Source of the DNA: Tubiluchus corallicola
Taxonomy: Eukaryota; Animalia; Priapulida
NCBI GenBank assembly: GCA_030141605.1
Contig: JAQGDQ010001511.1
Location: 1 to 37,020 of the forward strand
Reading direction: 5' to 3'
Length of the DNA stretch: 37,020 nt
A program made the position numbers and the translations under genes. The notes below the pieces were generated by a model. The model was not told the origin of the DNA and made no database searches. It saw nothing but the letters and a program-made list of their open reading frames with translations. Shown piece after piece: positions 12,827-23,305 of this stretch (positions within the stretch are counted from its first letter, which is position 1; every line of letters begins with the position of its first letter).

Positions 12827-13399
12827 TACTTGCAAAATTTAAATAAAAACAGGATGATTTCAGTTCTATCCTGTTTTGAAGTACAGTAAAAAATATACAT
12901 ATTGCTAGCCATAATGATGCCAAAATGTTTGTAATAATGAAATATTAGTCTAAATACTTCATGGCTGGCTAGCGCTACTAGAGATGATATCACAACCGAA
13001 AATAATTTTCTGAAGGCAAAAAAGATAGACTGTTATTTACATCAAATTAGAAAATTTTAAGTTTAAAAATTTAAATTTCAAGCTAATTGCTGCGTCAACA
13101 GACGATTTCACAATGTGCGTGCTATGTCACAACTGAACGTACACGCCTTTTTTGTTCAGTTTGCTTTCGAGATGTAGGAGCTAGCGCCCATCTAACTAGC
13201 GAATGATGAAATATATGTAACATTAAAAAACTAACTTCTGCGGTAATCATTCTTTCACAAAACTTATTTTTAAACAAACAGCATTTTGTCTTTCAATACT
13301 ATATACGTTAACTAGATCATTTTGCACCATGGTTTAAAATTTGGTTCTGTTTTCCTTTAATAAGCTGACGTAGGTTTCATGGTTGTTTTGTTTTTTCAG

Positions 13400-13495
13400 A
13401 ACACCATCCGAGTGGAAACAGCATCCATGCTTTTGACAGCCTATTATCCATTTGTGTTGTCTGGAGTATCTTTAGTTGTCTGTCTCTGGGCAGAA
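13400..13495 (+). CDS. Exon 4: TM3
   Basis: TTTTTTCAG|NTIRVETASMLLTAYYPFVLSGVSLVVCLWAE|GTAAGT. Continues in frame into exon 5 (WAE-AFH). Confidence 0.85.
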
Positions 13496-14505
13496 GTAAG
13501 TAGTTTATTATCCATTTGTGTTGTCTGGAGTATCTTTAGTTGTCTGTCTCTGGGCAGAAGTAAGTAGTTTATTATCCATTTGTGTTGTCTGGAGTATCTT
13601 TAGTTGTCTGTCTCTGGGCAGAAGTAAGTAGTTTATTATCCATTTGTGTTGTGTGGAGTATCTTTAGTTGTCTGTCTCTGGGCAGAAGTAAGTAGTTTAT
13701 TATCCATTTGTGTTGTCTGTCTCTGGGCAGAAGTAAGTAGTTTATTATCCATTTGTGTTTGGAGTATCTATTTCTGGGCAGAAGTAAGTAGTTATTATCC
13801 ATTTGTGTTGTCTGGAGTATCTTTAGTTGTCTGTCTCTGGGCAGAAGTAAGTAGTATTATCCATTTGTGTTGTCTGGAGTATCTTTAGTTTGTCTTGATA
13901 ATATCCAGGCAGAAGTAAGTAGTTTATTATCCATTTGTGTTGTCTGGAGTATCTTTAGTTGTCTGTCTCTGGGCAGAAGTAAGTAGTTTATTATCCATTT
14001 GTGGTGTCTGGAGTATCTTTAGTTGTCTGTCTCTGGGCAGAAGTAAGTAGTTTATTATCCATTTGTGTTGTCTGGAGTATCTTTAGTTGTCTGTCTCTGG
14101 GCAGAAGTAAGTAGTTTATTATCCATTTGTGTTGTCTGGAGTATCTTTAGTTGTCTGTCTCTGGGCAGAAGTAAGTAGTTTATTATCCATTTGTGTTGTG
14201 TGGAGTATCTTTAGTTGTCTGTCTCTGGGCAGAAGTAAGTAGTTTATTATCCATTTGTGTTGTCTGGAGTATCTTTAGTTGTCTGTCTCTGGGCAGAAGT
14301 AAGTAGTTTATTATCCATTTGTGTTGTCTGGAATATCTTTAGTTGTCTGTCTCTAGGCAGAAGTAAGTAGTTTATTATCCATTTGTGTTGTCTGGAGTAT
14401 CTTTAGTTGTCTGTCTCTGGGCAGAAGTAAGTAGTTTATTATCCATTTGTGTTGTCTGGAGTATCTTTAGTTGTCTGTCTCTGGGCAGAAGTAAGTAGTT
14501 TATTA
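13442..14505 (+). repeat. 64-bp tandem array made of the exon 4 3' end plus its splice donor (17 donor copies)
   Basis: Unit TATTATCCATTTGTGTTGTCTGGAGTATCTTTAGTTGTCTGTCTCTGGGCAGAA|GTAAGTAGTT, with a few deleted or variant units at 13700-13910. Confidence 0.93.
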
Positions 14506-14716
14506 ACATTTTTACACTTAGCATTATCCTAAGTACCGTATACTTTCAAATTTATCAGTTTAACTCATGAATCTGATTAGTGTTGTTTTACTTTATTCAT
14601 TAGGACCAAAATGTTTATTATTTGTAAGCTATTTTTTTTACTAAATTTTTAATACACTTGACTAATTAGAATGGATCGTTACAATCAAAGTGTTTATTAA
14701 TTACACGCTTGCTCTC

Positions 14717-15894
14717 TGTGACGCCATGTCTATAGGTTACGTACTCTGAGTCTCAATGTCTTGAAAAGCAGGCACGACCGCCCTATAAACGAGGTGTAAC
14801 ACGTGGTTCTGGGGTTCTATAGTGTTAGATAATTTACTATTAGAATCCTGGAGTCGGGCTAAGGCATTGTTGTTTCATACGGGGGCACGCGGAACCCGAG
14901 CCTAGGAGTCTTAATTAGCTAGTAATATTCGATGGTAGATAGAATACCAAACCAACTATTAAGCTGTATATAACAAAATTTAATTGATTACTACTTTAAC
15001 CCGGAGAAAAGAAATAGTTAACAATAACAATTAATCACAGTACAGCAAATATATTCTCTAGACTAATAATAGAGAAGGGAGGTGTTAGTGGGGGTAGCAC
15101 GTGCAAATGATGACGCACTCTCGATGACGGCAATCCAACGATGACCATATAGAAACGGAATTATGCTAGCTAGCAAACGCTGAGCAAAAGTACAAAAGTC
15201 TTGTCTTACCAGACACTCCATGAACATTGTGTGAAACGGCAGCTGCTAACCTGTGGGGTAACATCCATGGATTTACCACTATGGTTTGCTCCACCAACAA
15301 TGGACTGTCCACCATGAACTTTAGCGCAGGTTTTCACGACTCCTCGGATAATGACGGTAATGGTAGCCACCTCATCAAACCAAAACAACGTACTCAACAT
15401 AGACCCGTCAGCACTGTAAGCAATGACTGTTGACAAAAGAAATAGTGACGTCTACTGCACTATAACATCGACGATGCTAATCGACATTTTTGACTGTCTT
15501 TTCACAGACATGTGAACATCAGACGATGGTCATTTTACGTGACCTAGGCCTTTCAACAACGGCCGACTGACTGCCTGGTTGCACGTCTCAGACTATAGCT
15601 GTAACGTATGTATCATGTACACTTCATACCTGTACGGGTTTCACACATTTGAAATAAGCCGCGAGTATTGCAGGTATTGCAGAACACAACCACATGACGA
15701 GGGGGGTGTTAGTAGGACTCCTACACTACTACACTAATTACGCTAACAATACAGTACTATTATAGTGACTAATTTAATGTAAGCAAATTACACTAGCAAG
15801 TGCTACCACTATCACTATAAAGAACTTGACTGTGAAATGAAAAGGTGACAAACAAGTAAACAAAAATATCGTAAATAATAGATGGTTTGTCACA
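14717..15894 (-). repeat. 3' LTR
   Basis: Direct repeat of 21723-22900. I found only two substitutions by eye (14823 T vs 21829 A; 15576 T vs 22582 A). Confidence 0.95.
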
Positions 15895-15905
15895 GATCCC
15901 CCCAC
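15895..15905 (-). promoter_or_regulatory. Polypurine tract
   Basis: The minus strand reads TGGGGGGATC immediately before the 3' LTR start TGTGAC. Confidence 0.8.
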
Positions 15906-16306
15906 AACGGAAGAAGTGTGGACGAATGTTTAAAGAACAGAATCCCACTTTTAAAATTATTGAACAGTCAATTTCAACTACCAACCATTACAGTGGTGAA
16001 AATTAGCAAGTAACGACTTTTACTAACTGAATACAAAGTTTTACTAAATAATACAGTCACACAAAAATGGCATATCAAAACTTAAATGGATCTTCAACAC
16101 ACTTGTAAAAGATCATTTTACACAAACTAAAGCACACTGGATATTTGATTTAAAATAATGAAAAGAATACAACATTTGAAGAATACTATCATTCACATTC
16201 AGAGATGTTGTCACACATGATTGCATAAAATAAAATGCTTTAAACAACAAGGTCATTTAGGAAGAAATCACATTCCTATCTTATTTTCATCTAAGGCAAC
16301 TTGAAC

Positions 16307-19300
16307 TTAGTGCCTACTCAGTGCGTCTGCACAATAATTTGTTTTTCCTTTGATATGCACTACAGTGAAAGTGTATTCTTGTAGCAGTAAATTCCATCTG
16401 GCTATTCGCCTATTGGCATTTTTCATCTGCTTTAAGTAAGCTAATGATTGTGCATCTGTGCGAATCACAAACTGCCTACCTACAAGATAGTACGACGATT
16501 TCTCAATAGAGAAAATTATAGCCAAAAGTTCTTTTTCTACTGTTGAGTAGTTACATTCATATTTGGTTAGCTTCCTACTCAAATAAGTGATTGGAACCTC
16601 TTGTCTATCATCAGACATTTGTGTAAGTTGGCCGCCTATTCCTGTTGCACTAGCATCAGTTGTCAAGAAAAAAGTCTTATCAAAATCTGGTGCATGTAAC
16701 ACTGTATTTGAGTTTAATGCATCTTTGAGTGTAGTAAAGCTCTGCTCACACTCTGCATTCCATAGTACAATGTTTGGTTTGTCTTTTTCTGTCAAAGTAT
16801 GTAATGGTGTTGCTATTGCAGAGAAATTAGGAATAAAACGCCTATAGAAACCTACGAAACCCAAAAATGACCTGACCTGTTTTTTAGTTTCTGGTCTTTT
16901 ATAGTTCTGAATAGCGAGGATTTTCTCTGGCTGAGGTTTCAAAAGATTTCTGCCAACAACATAGCCTAAGAAATGAGTTTCTTGGAGTGCGAAATTACAC
17001 TTGAGTGGTTTGATTGTCAAACCTGCATTAGACAGACAAGTAAGAACTAGCTCGATATGATAGAGATGATCTTGCCAAGAACGACTGAAAATGATAACAT
17101 CGTCTATGTAACCAGACGCAAAGCCAATTACTGGTTCTAAAACACGATCTACCAGACATTGAGCTGTTGCTGCAGAATTACACAACCCAAAGGGCATAAC
17201 TTGAAACTCATGTTTACCAAACTCTGTTACAAATGCCGTGATTGGCCTCGAATTTTCCTCAAGATTAACCTGCCAGTAATATTTTGTCATGTCCAAGCAA
17301 GTAATGAACATTGCTCCATGCAATTGATCAACTGTTTCATCCATCCTGGGGATAGGATAAGGATTAAAAACTGTAATTGAATTAATTTTCCTAAAATCAA
17401 TACAAAATCGAATCGATTGATCACGTTTGATCACAATGACTGCAGGACTTGAAAAAGGACTATCTGACTTGACTATTACACCCAGCCTTTCCATGTCCAT
17501 GATTTCTTGCCTCACACTTTCCTTTTGCGCCTGAGGAATTCTGTATGGCTTCTGCACAACAGGATTGTCAGTAGTTAACTGTATTTTATGTTCTACGACG
17601 TTTGTCCTACCAGGAATGTCAGAAAAGGTTGGTGTAAACTTCTCCAGAGTAGTTCGTAATTCATTCTTCTGCTTATCTGTTAAGTAATCAGGGATTACTA
17701 CATCTTCCACAGTTTGTGCAGGTGTAATAGAGGTAGGTGCAAAACAGTGGTCTTCCATTTGTGACCGTTGCATTGGTGACACACTTTCATGCTCAGGATC
17801 TAATTCCAATTCATCTTGACCAGTAAATACGTCAAGTGTGGGAATTGTTTGCGTATAAAGGGCTTTTCTTTCTTCACGCGGTATCCAAGCTTTGAGCAAA
17901 TTAATATGGAATTGCTTGACCTGTCTGCTTTTACCTCCAATGATAACGGAGTACACATGTTCTGAGATTTTATCAGCAATCTCATACGGGCCTTTCCAGG
18001 TTCGTTCCATCTTTTTACGAGATGTAGGCAATAAGACTAATACCTTCTGTCCTACTTCAAGATTTCGGTACCTAGCTTTCTGGTCATACCAGTCTTTTTG
18101 TCCGATTTTAGCTTTTCTCAAAGCTTCGTGTGCCTCCTGAGTTACCGTTTCTAATTTATCAATGATATTGGCAACATAATCATCAATGTCTTGGGGACTA
18201 GTAGGTTGGTCACAACCCCAACGTTTCCGAAGAAGAGCCATTGGACCAGTTACTTGGTGTCCATAAACCAACTCAAATGGGCTGTACCGCAGGGATTCTT
18301 GTGGTACCTCACGGTAAGCAAACAAAACAAATGGGATCAGATCATCCCATTCCATGGTTTTGTCACTCAGGGTAAGCTTTTTAATGGATCTTTTTAGACT
18401 TCCATTGAATCGCTCACATAAGCCTTGAGATTGAGGATTATATGGAGTAGATGTAATCCCTTTGATGTGGAAAGCTTGTTCTAGTTGCCTTATGAGATTA
18501 GTACAAAATTGGGTGCCTTGGTCTGACTGGATTGACTCTGGGCATCCATGTCTACTAATAAATTGGAGTAAGCACTTGGCTATAGTCTCTGACTCAGTAT
18601 TTTTGATAGGGAAAGCATCAGGGTATCTGGTACCTTGATCCACAATTACCAGTGCCCACTTATTGCCACTCTTGGTTCTAGCCAGTGGACCAATAAGGTC
18701 AATTTGGAGGGACTGAAAAGCTTTTTCCACTACTGGAAGAGGTTTGAGCTTGGCTCTGTCTCCTTTCATGACTCTTGCTGTCTTTTGACATATTGGGCAG
18801 GATTGTATATACTTTTTAATGGCAGTGTGTATTCCTGGCCAAGTATATTCGAACAATATCCTATCCCTTGTTTTCTTGACACCTAGATGAGCTCCAGCCT
18901 TTGAATCATGGGCTAGTTGTAGGACTTGCTGCCTTCTACACTGAGGAACAACAAGCAACTGATCAACTGTTTTCCCCATTTTTCGTTTATTAGCCCGATA
19001 AAGTATGCCTTGCTTTAGAAAATATCCTTTGCCATCTTGCACCGCAGTGTCTCCACTCACCACATGATCAAAAAGATTTTTTATGGTTACATCATTTTGC
19101 TGTTCTTCTATCAGCTGGTGTCGAGACACTATGGCAAACATGTAGTTTTCCTCTGGTGATGCATACTGCTTAATTTCGGAAGAAAATTCAGTTTCTGACT
19201 TTACACTACTGGTTTCTTTGTTTAGTTGCTCTCTAAGCTCAACTGTTTGCGCTCGTGTCATAACCAATGACTTTTCTTTCTGATTTCTTTGAAAACTGTT

Positions 19301-21136
19301 ATTTAGTGCTCGACTTTTATAATCAGTCAAGGCATTACTACTTGGTTTCTGTACATCTTTGCCAAATTTAACAAAAGAAGGTACATGAGAAGTCTCATCC
19401 ATACTACTAACGTTCATATGATGTTTCTCAGGAGCAACTTGTGCAGGTTGAGAAGTACTCTTTACATAATCAAATGGTTGTATGGATGTCAGGTAATTAT
19501 TACCTAAACAAAAGTCGCAAGGGAGTCCTTTAATAACTGCTACCAGGAGCCAACCATTCAGTTTCTGACTACAAACAGGGACCCTAGCTAGAGGAATTCG
19601 ACGAAGGTCGCCATGACAACAGCGGATTCCAACGGTTTCTCCAAGATACTGTTCATTTTTTACAAATTCAGGACGTATAAGGCTATCGTCTGAGCCAGTA
19701 TCCCGTAAGCCTACTGCTATTCGACTGTTGATCATAACCTCAAACTCGTGATTTTCTTGTAATGCTCCATCTTGAGTATTTGAAAGTGTGAAATTTGGAG
19801 TAATGGTTCCCTCACTTTCGTTTTCACTATAGCATTGTTTCTTGAAATCACCTCTAGGTTTTTGCTTCTTGTTTGAGTCATTTTGAAAAGCTTGTGTGGA
19901 CTCTTGCTTTTTCACTGGGCAGTCGAGCTTCACATGCCCTGTTTTCCCACAATGGTAACATTTAGGGCGAGCATTGCCCTGTGATTCATGATCCGAATCA
20001 TTGTTTTTAGCATTGCCACGTGTCCTTTTAGATGATTCATTTTTCTGCAAAACTGCTGCATCATTAAATGAGCTCCAATAGTTGTCTGCTTGTTCCGCTA
20101 TTTGTAAGTATGACATGTGAGGTAGCCTACGAAGATAAGAAACCATGTCTTCTGGGAGCTTAGACAATGCTTGTTCAAGAAAGAAGAGATCTCCAATTTG
20201 CTCTTTGGATTCTGCATTCGCTGCTTTAAGCCATTGCATGCCCGCTTTACGCACTCTGTTAAAGTAACTTCTGTGCGTTTCCTTTTTCAGTTTAAATATG
20301 TTTCTGAATGCCGTGCGATATGCATCCTTCGACAATTTGTATGCATTCAAAATTTGCACCTTAACAACATCATAATTGAATATTTGAGACTGATCAACAT
20401 CTTGCAAAGCTAAGGCAGCACGACCCGACAGAACTCTAGCCAAGTTAGGAACATACTGCGCAATTGGGATTTTATTGACTCGCATACAGATTTCGAATTG
20501 ATCTAAAAACGACAAAATGTCTTCTGTTTTTTCATCAAAATTTCTGAATTTGATTATTGTGCTTTTGTCTTGTGTAGCATTTACTGTTGTTTGCAAATTG
20601 TTTACTACATTAGACGTCGTCTGCATTTGTAACTTCAGTTTTTCCAGCTCAATTTTTTGTGTTTCTAAGATCAGCTGTTGGTGTTTAATTTTTAGTTCCT
20701 GTTCTGATAATTTAATATCAGGCTGCGCATGCGCATACATAGGCATTTGAACAGGTTCTTGAACTGCAAATGGATCCAATTCAGGCAAAGTAGGGGGTGC
20801 AGTTGATACAGTAGGTGAGCTAAAAGCCTTAAATTCTTTATTTGGGGCCGCTTTAGGAGTAGAACTTGCAACATCAGCCCTATCAAATTCTATTTGACCT
20901 GCAACACCTGTCGCTGCATTTGCTGGCTTTGCTGAATTTAATAATGATTGCATATTTGACAGAGCAAAATCAAGTGGATCTGAAATTGAAATCTGTTGTG
21001 TTTCAAGAATTAATTGCACAATGTTTTCTTTTCTGGCTTTCGGGTCTATAACCAAACCCATGTCACCTGCTATGTCAAATAATTCACCCTTGATCATTTT
21101 ACGCAACTCTTCAGCTGTAAAAAGTTTACTAGCCAT
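16307..21136 (-). CDS. Gag-Pol polyprotein (1609 aa from MASKLF): Gag (SCAN-like capsid, CCHC) - aspartic protease - integrase - reverse transcriptase - RNase H
   Basis: CYHCGKTGHVKLDC (19919-19960); GLRDTGS (~19700); HHCC AHDSKAGAHLG...CPIC (18910-18788); D,D35E in QIDL/SDQG/CERFN (18700, 18523, 18415); WKGPY (~17990); RT motifs RFCIDFRKIN, MPFGL and YIDD (17099-17110); RNase H motifs TDAS, EKELLAI and ADALSR. Confidence 0.95.
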   Translation of the reverse strand: MASKLFTAEELRKMIKGELFDIAGDMGLVIDPKARKENIVQLILETQQISISDPLDFALSNMQSLLNSAKPANAATGVAGQIEFDRADVASSTPKAAPNKEFKAFSSPTVSTAPPTLPELDPFAVQEPVQMPMYAHAQPDIKLSEQELKIKHQQLILETQKIELEKLKLQMQTTSNVVNNLQTTVNATQDKSTIIKFRNFDEKTEDILSFLDQFEICMRVNKIPIAQYVPNLARVLSGRAALALQDVDQSQIFNYDVVKVQILNAYKLSKDAYRTAFRNIFKLKKETHRSYFNRVRKAGMQWLKAANAESKEQIGDLFFLEQALSKLPEDMVSYLRRLPHMSYLQIAEQADNYWSSFNDAAVLQKNESSKRTRGNAKNNDSDHESQGNARPKCYHCGKTGHVKLDCPVKKQESTQAFQNDSNKKQKPRGDFKKQCYSENESEGTITPNFTLSNTQDGALQENHEFEVMINSRIAVGLRDTGSDDSLIRPEFVKNEQYLGETVGIRCCHGDLRRIPLARVPVCSQKLNGWLLVAVIKGLPCDFCLGNNYLTSIQPFDYVKSTSQPAQVAPEKHHMNVSSMDETSHVPSFVKFGKDVQKPSSNALTDYKSRALNNSFQRNQKEKSLVMTRAQTVELREQLNKETSSVKSETEFSSEIKQYASPEENYMFAIVSRHQLIEEQQNDVTIKNLFDHVVSGDTAVQDGKGYFLKQGILYRANKRKMGKTVDQLLVVPQCRRQQVLQLAHDSKAGAHLGVKKTRDRILFEYTWPGIHTAIKKYIQSCPICQKTARVMKGDRAKLKPLPVVEKAFQSLQIDLIGPLARTKSGNKWALVIVDQGTRYPDAFPIKNTESETIAKCLLQFISRHGCPESIQSDQGTQFCTNLIRQLEQAFHIKGITSTPYNPQSQGLCERFNGSLKRSIKKLTLSDKTMEWDDLIPFVLFAYREVPQESLRYSPFELVYGHQVTGPMALLRKRWGCDQPTSPQDIDDYVANIIDKLETVTQEAHEALRKAKIGQKDWYDQKARYRNLEVGQKVLVLLPTSRKKMERTWKGPYEIADKISEHVYSVIIGGKSRQVKQFHINLLKAWIPREERKALYTQTIPTLDVFTGQDELELDPEHESVSPMQRSQMEDHCFAPTSITPAQTVEDVVIPDYLTDKQKNELRTTLEKFTPTFSDIPGRTNVVEHKIQLTTDNPVVQKPYRIPQAQKESVRQEIMDMERLGVIVKSDSPFSSPAVIVIKRDQSIRFCIDFRKINSITVFNPYPIPRMDETVDQLHGAMFITCLDMTKYYWQVNLEENSRPITAFVTEFGKHEFQVMPFGLCNSAATAQCLVDRVLEPVIGFASGYIDDVIIFSRSWQDHLYHIELVLTCLSNAGLTIKPLKCNFALQETHFLGYVVGRNLLKPQPEKILAIQNYKRPETKKQVRSFLGFVGFYRRFIPNFSAIATPLHTLTEKDKPNIVLWNAECEQSFTTLKDALNSNTVLHAPDFDKTFFLTTDASATGIGGQLTQMSDDRQEVPITYLSRKLTKYECNYSTVEKELLAIIFSIEKSSYYLVGRQFVIRTDAQSLAYLKQMKNANRRIARWNLLLQEYTFTVVHIKGKTNYCADALSRH

Positions 21137-21710
21137 GCTGACGTAAATATTGCGTAAGCAAAGGACCAAATATTCAAAGAAATGACTTCAAAGTTGTCAA
21201 AGTTATGTGCAAAAACTAACAGCACTGTTCAGTTAACAACTAGACCAGTAAAAATGGGCATTAATGCTTATAAAGAGCAAATCAAAACTTCAATAAGTCA
21301 AGAAGTGAACACACGCCACCAGGTAAATGTTACAACCATGCAAAGTGAATATCAACAATTTCTGTACAACATTATAATCACTATACTACAGGCTGATTTA
21401 CTAATCTTTTCTGGGTCAAATTATTATTGCCAGCCAGTGAATAAAACTATCTATGTCTGCTGGCCGTAAGGCTATGTGCAAAACAAGTTCTATTAGCACT
21501 ACCCTGGCTTCTCTACAATATGTAAAGCTAGCACAAAATTTAAGCAAAACGAAACTGTACTAAATGCAACGTGAAAAATACCAAGTTCATGTTTGCATCG
21601 GAATATAATTTCCGCAATAGGTTCAAGAAAACTACTTGTTCAAAATGCCTCTCCCTAATTTAAAGGCTTATACAAGGCACAGAGTAAAAAGCAGTTATAT
21701 AAGACCATAA

Positions 21711-21720
21711 GCTGCCACCA
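21711..21720 (-). promoter_or_regulatory. Primer binding site, probably tRNA-Leu
   Basis: Minus-strand TGGTGGCAGC lies 2 nt after the 5' LTR. It is complementary to a tRNA 3' end GCUGCCA-CCA, as in animal tRNA-Leu (AAG/UAG). Confidence 0.75.
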
Positions 21721-21722
21721 CT

Positions 21723-22900
21723 TGTGACGCCATGTCTATAGGTTACGTACTCTGAGTCTCAATGTCTTGAAAAGCAGGCACGACCGCCCTATAAACGAGG
21801 TGTAACACGTGGTTCTGGGGTTCTATAGAGTTAGATAATTTACTATTAGAATCCTGGAGTCGGGCTAAGGCATTGTTGTTTCATACGGGGGCACGCGGAA
21901 CCCGAGCCTAGGAGTCTTAATTAGCTAGTAATATTCGATGGTAGATAGAATACCAAACCAACTATTAAGCTGTATATAACAAAATTTAATTGATTACTAC
22001 TTTAACCCGGAGAAAAGAAATAGTTAACAATAACAATTAATCACAGTACAGCAAATATATTCTCTAGACTAATAATAGAGAAGGGAGGTGTTAGTGGGGG
22101 TAGCACGTGCAAATGATGACGCACTCTCGATGACGGCAATCCAACGATGACCATATAGAAACGGAATTATGCTAGCTAGCAAACGCTGAGCAAAAGTACA
22201 AAAGTCTTGTCTTACCAGACACTCCATGAACATTGTGTGAAACGGCAGCTGCTAACCTGTGGGGTAACATCCATGGATTTACCACTATGGTTTGCTCCAC
22301 CAACAATGGACTGTCCACCATGAACTTTAGCGCAGGTTTTCACGACTCCTCGGATAATGACGGTAATGGTAGCCACCTCATCAAACCAAAACAACGTACT
22401 CAACATAGACCCGTCAGCACTGTAAGCAATGACTGTTGACAAAAGAAATAGTGACGTCTACTGCACTATAACATCGACGATGCTAATCGACATTTTTGAC
22501 TGTCTTTTCACAGACATGTGAACATCAGACGATGGTCATTTTACGTGACCTAGGCCTTTCAACAACGGCCGACTGACTGCCAGGTTGCACGTCTCAGACT
22601 ATAGCTGTAACGTATGTATCATGTACACTTCATACCTGTACGGGTTTCACACATTTGAAATAAGCCGCGAGTATTGCAGGTATTGCAGAACACAACCACA
22701 TGACGAGGGGGGTGTTAGTAGGACTCCTACACTACTACACTAATTACGCTAACAATACAGTACTATTATAGTGACTAATTTAATGTAAGCAAATTACACT
22801 AGCAAGTGCTACCACTATCACTATAAAGAACTTGACTGTGAAATGAAAAGGTGACAAACAAGTAAACAAAAATATCGTAAATAATAGATGGTTTGTCACA
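21723..22900 (-). repeat. 5' LTR
   Basis: Direct repeat of 14717-15894, adjacent to the PBS. Confidence 0.95.
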
Positions 22901-23281
22901 CTCTCTTTTACTAAATTTAATGCAGTTGGCTCATTTTTTGTGTGTTCAGACAGTCTGTTATTAAGTGCATCGAAAACTAAAGTTGATATTTGATTTTTGA
23001 AGAAAATTATGAAAAAGTGATGGTATCATATGCGGTACTGATGCTGAAATTAATTATTGTGAGAGACTACTACACTACTTCATGATGCCCAAAGTCAAAA
23101 AATTCATGTTTGAGTAGCTTTATTACGTTTTATCTGTAAGAAAAATCATAACAAAATATGACAAACTAATTTGAGCCAAAAAGGAAACAAAGAAATTAAT
23201 AATAAAGTGAGACTGAATAATCAAAATAAACTTACATCATGGCTCTACTACTCTTGACAAATAAATGGTTTAACTGAGACA

Positions 23282-23305
23282 AACAACAACAACAACAACA
23301 ACAAC
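23282..23305. repeat. (AAC)n microsatellite
   Basis: About 8 AAC units. Confidence 0.8.

Larger units (their letters stand above)
14717..22900 (-). mobile_element. Full-length Gmr1-like Ty3/gypsy LTR retrotransposon, antisense in intron 4
   Basis: Two 1178-bp LTRs with TGTGAC...GTCACA ends, a 5-bp TSD CTCTC (14712-14716 and 22901-22905), PBS, PPT and one intact gag-pol ORF. Confidence 0.96.

Noticed and set aside
13442-14505. CRISPR-like appearance of this and the other regular arrays
   Set aside because: The units are head-to-tail with no unique spacers, there are no cas genes, and the context is eukaryotic.
15206-15436. Small ORFs duplicated at 22212-22442
   Set aside because: They lie in the LTRs, so the duplication is explained. 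They have no recognisable motifs and no env-like features.
16307-21169. Ty1/copia classification from the IN-before-RT order, and the listed ORF start at 21169
   Set aside because: The domain motifs are gypsy-type. The 21169 start is a TTG and the first ATG is at 21136.
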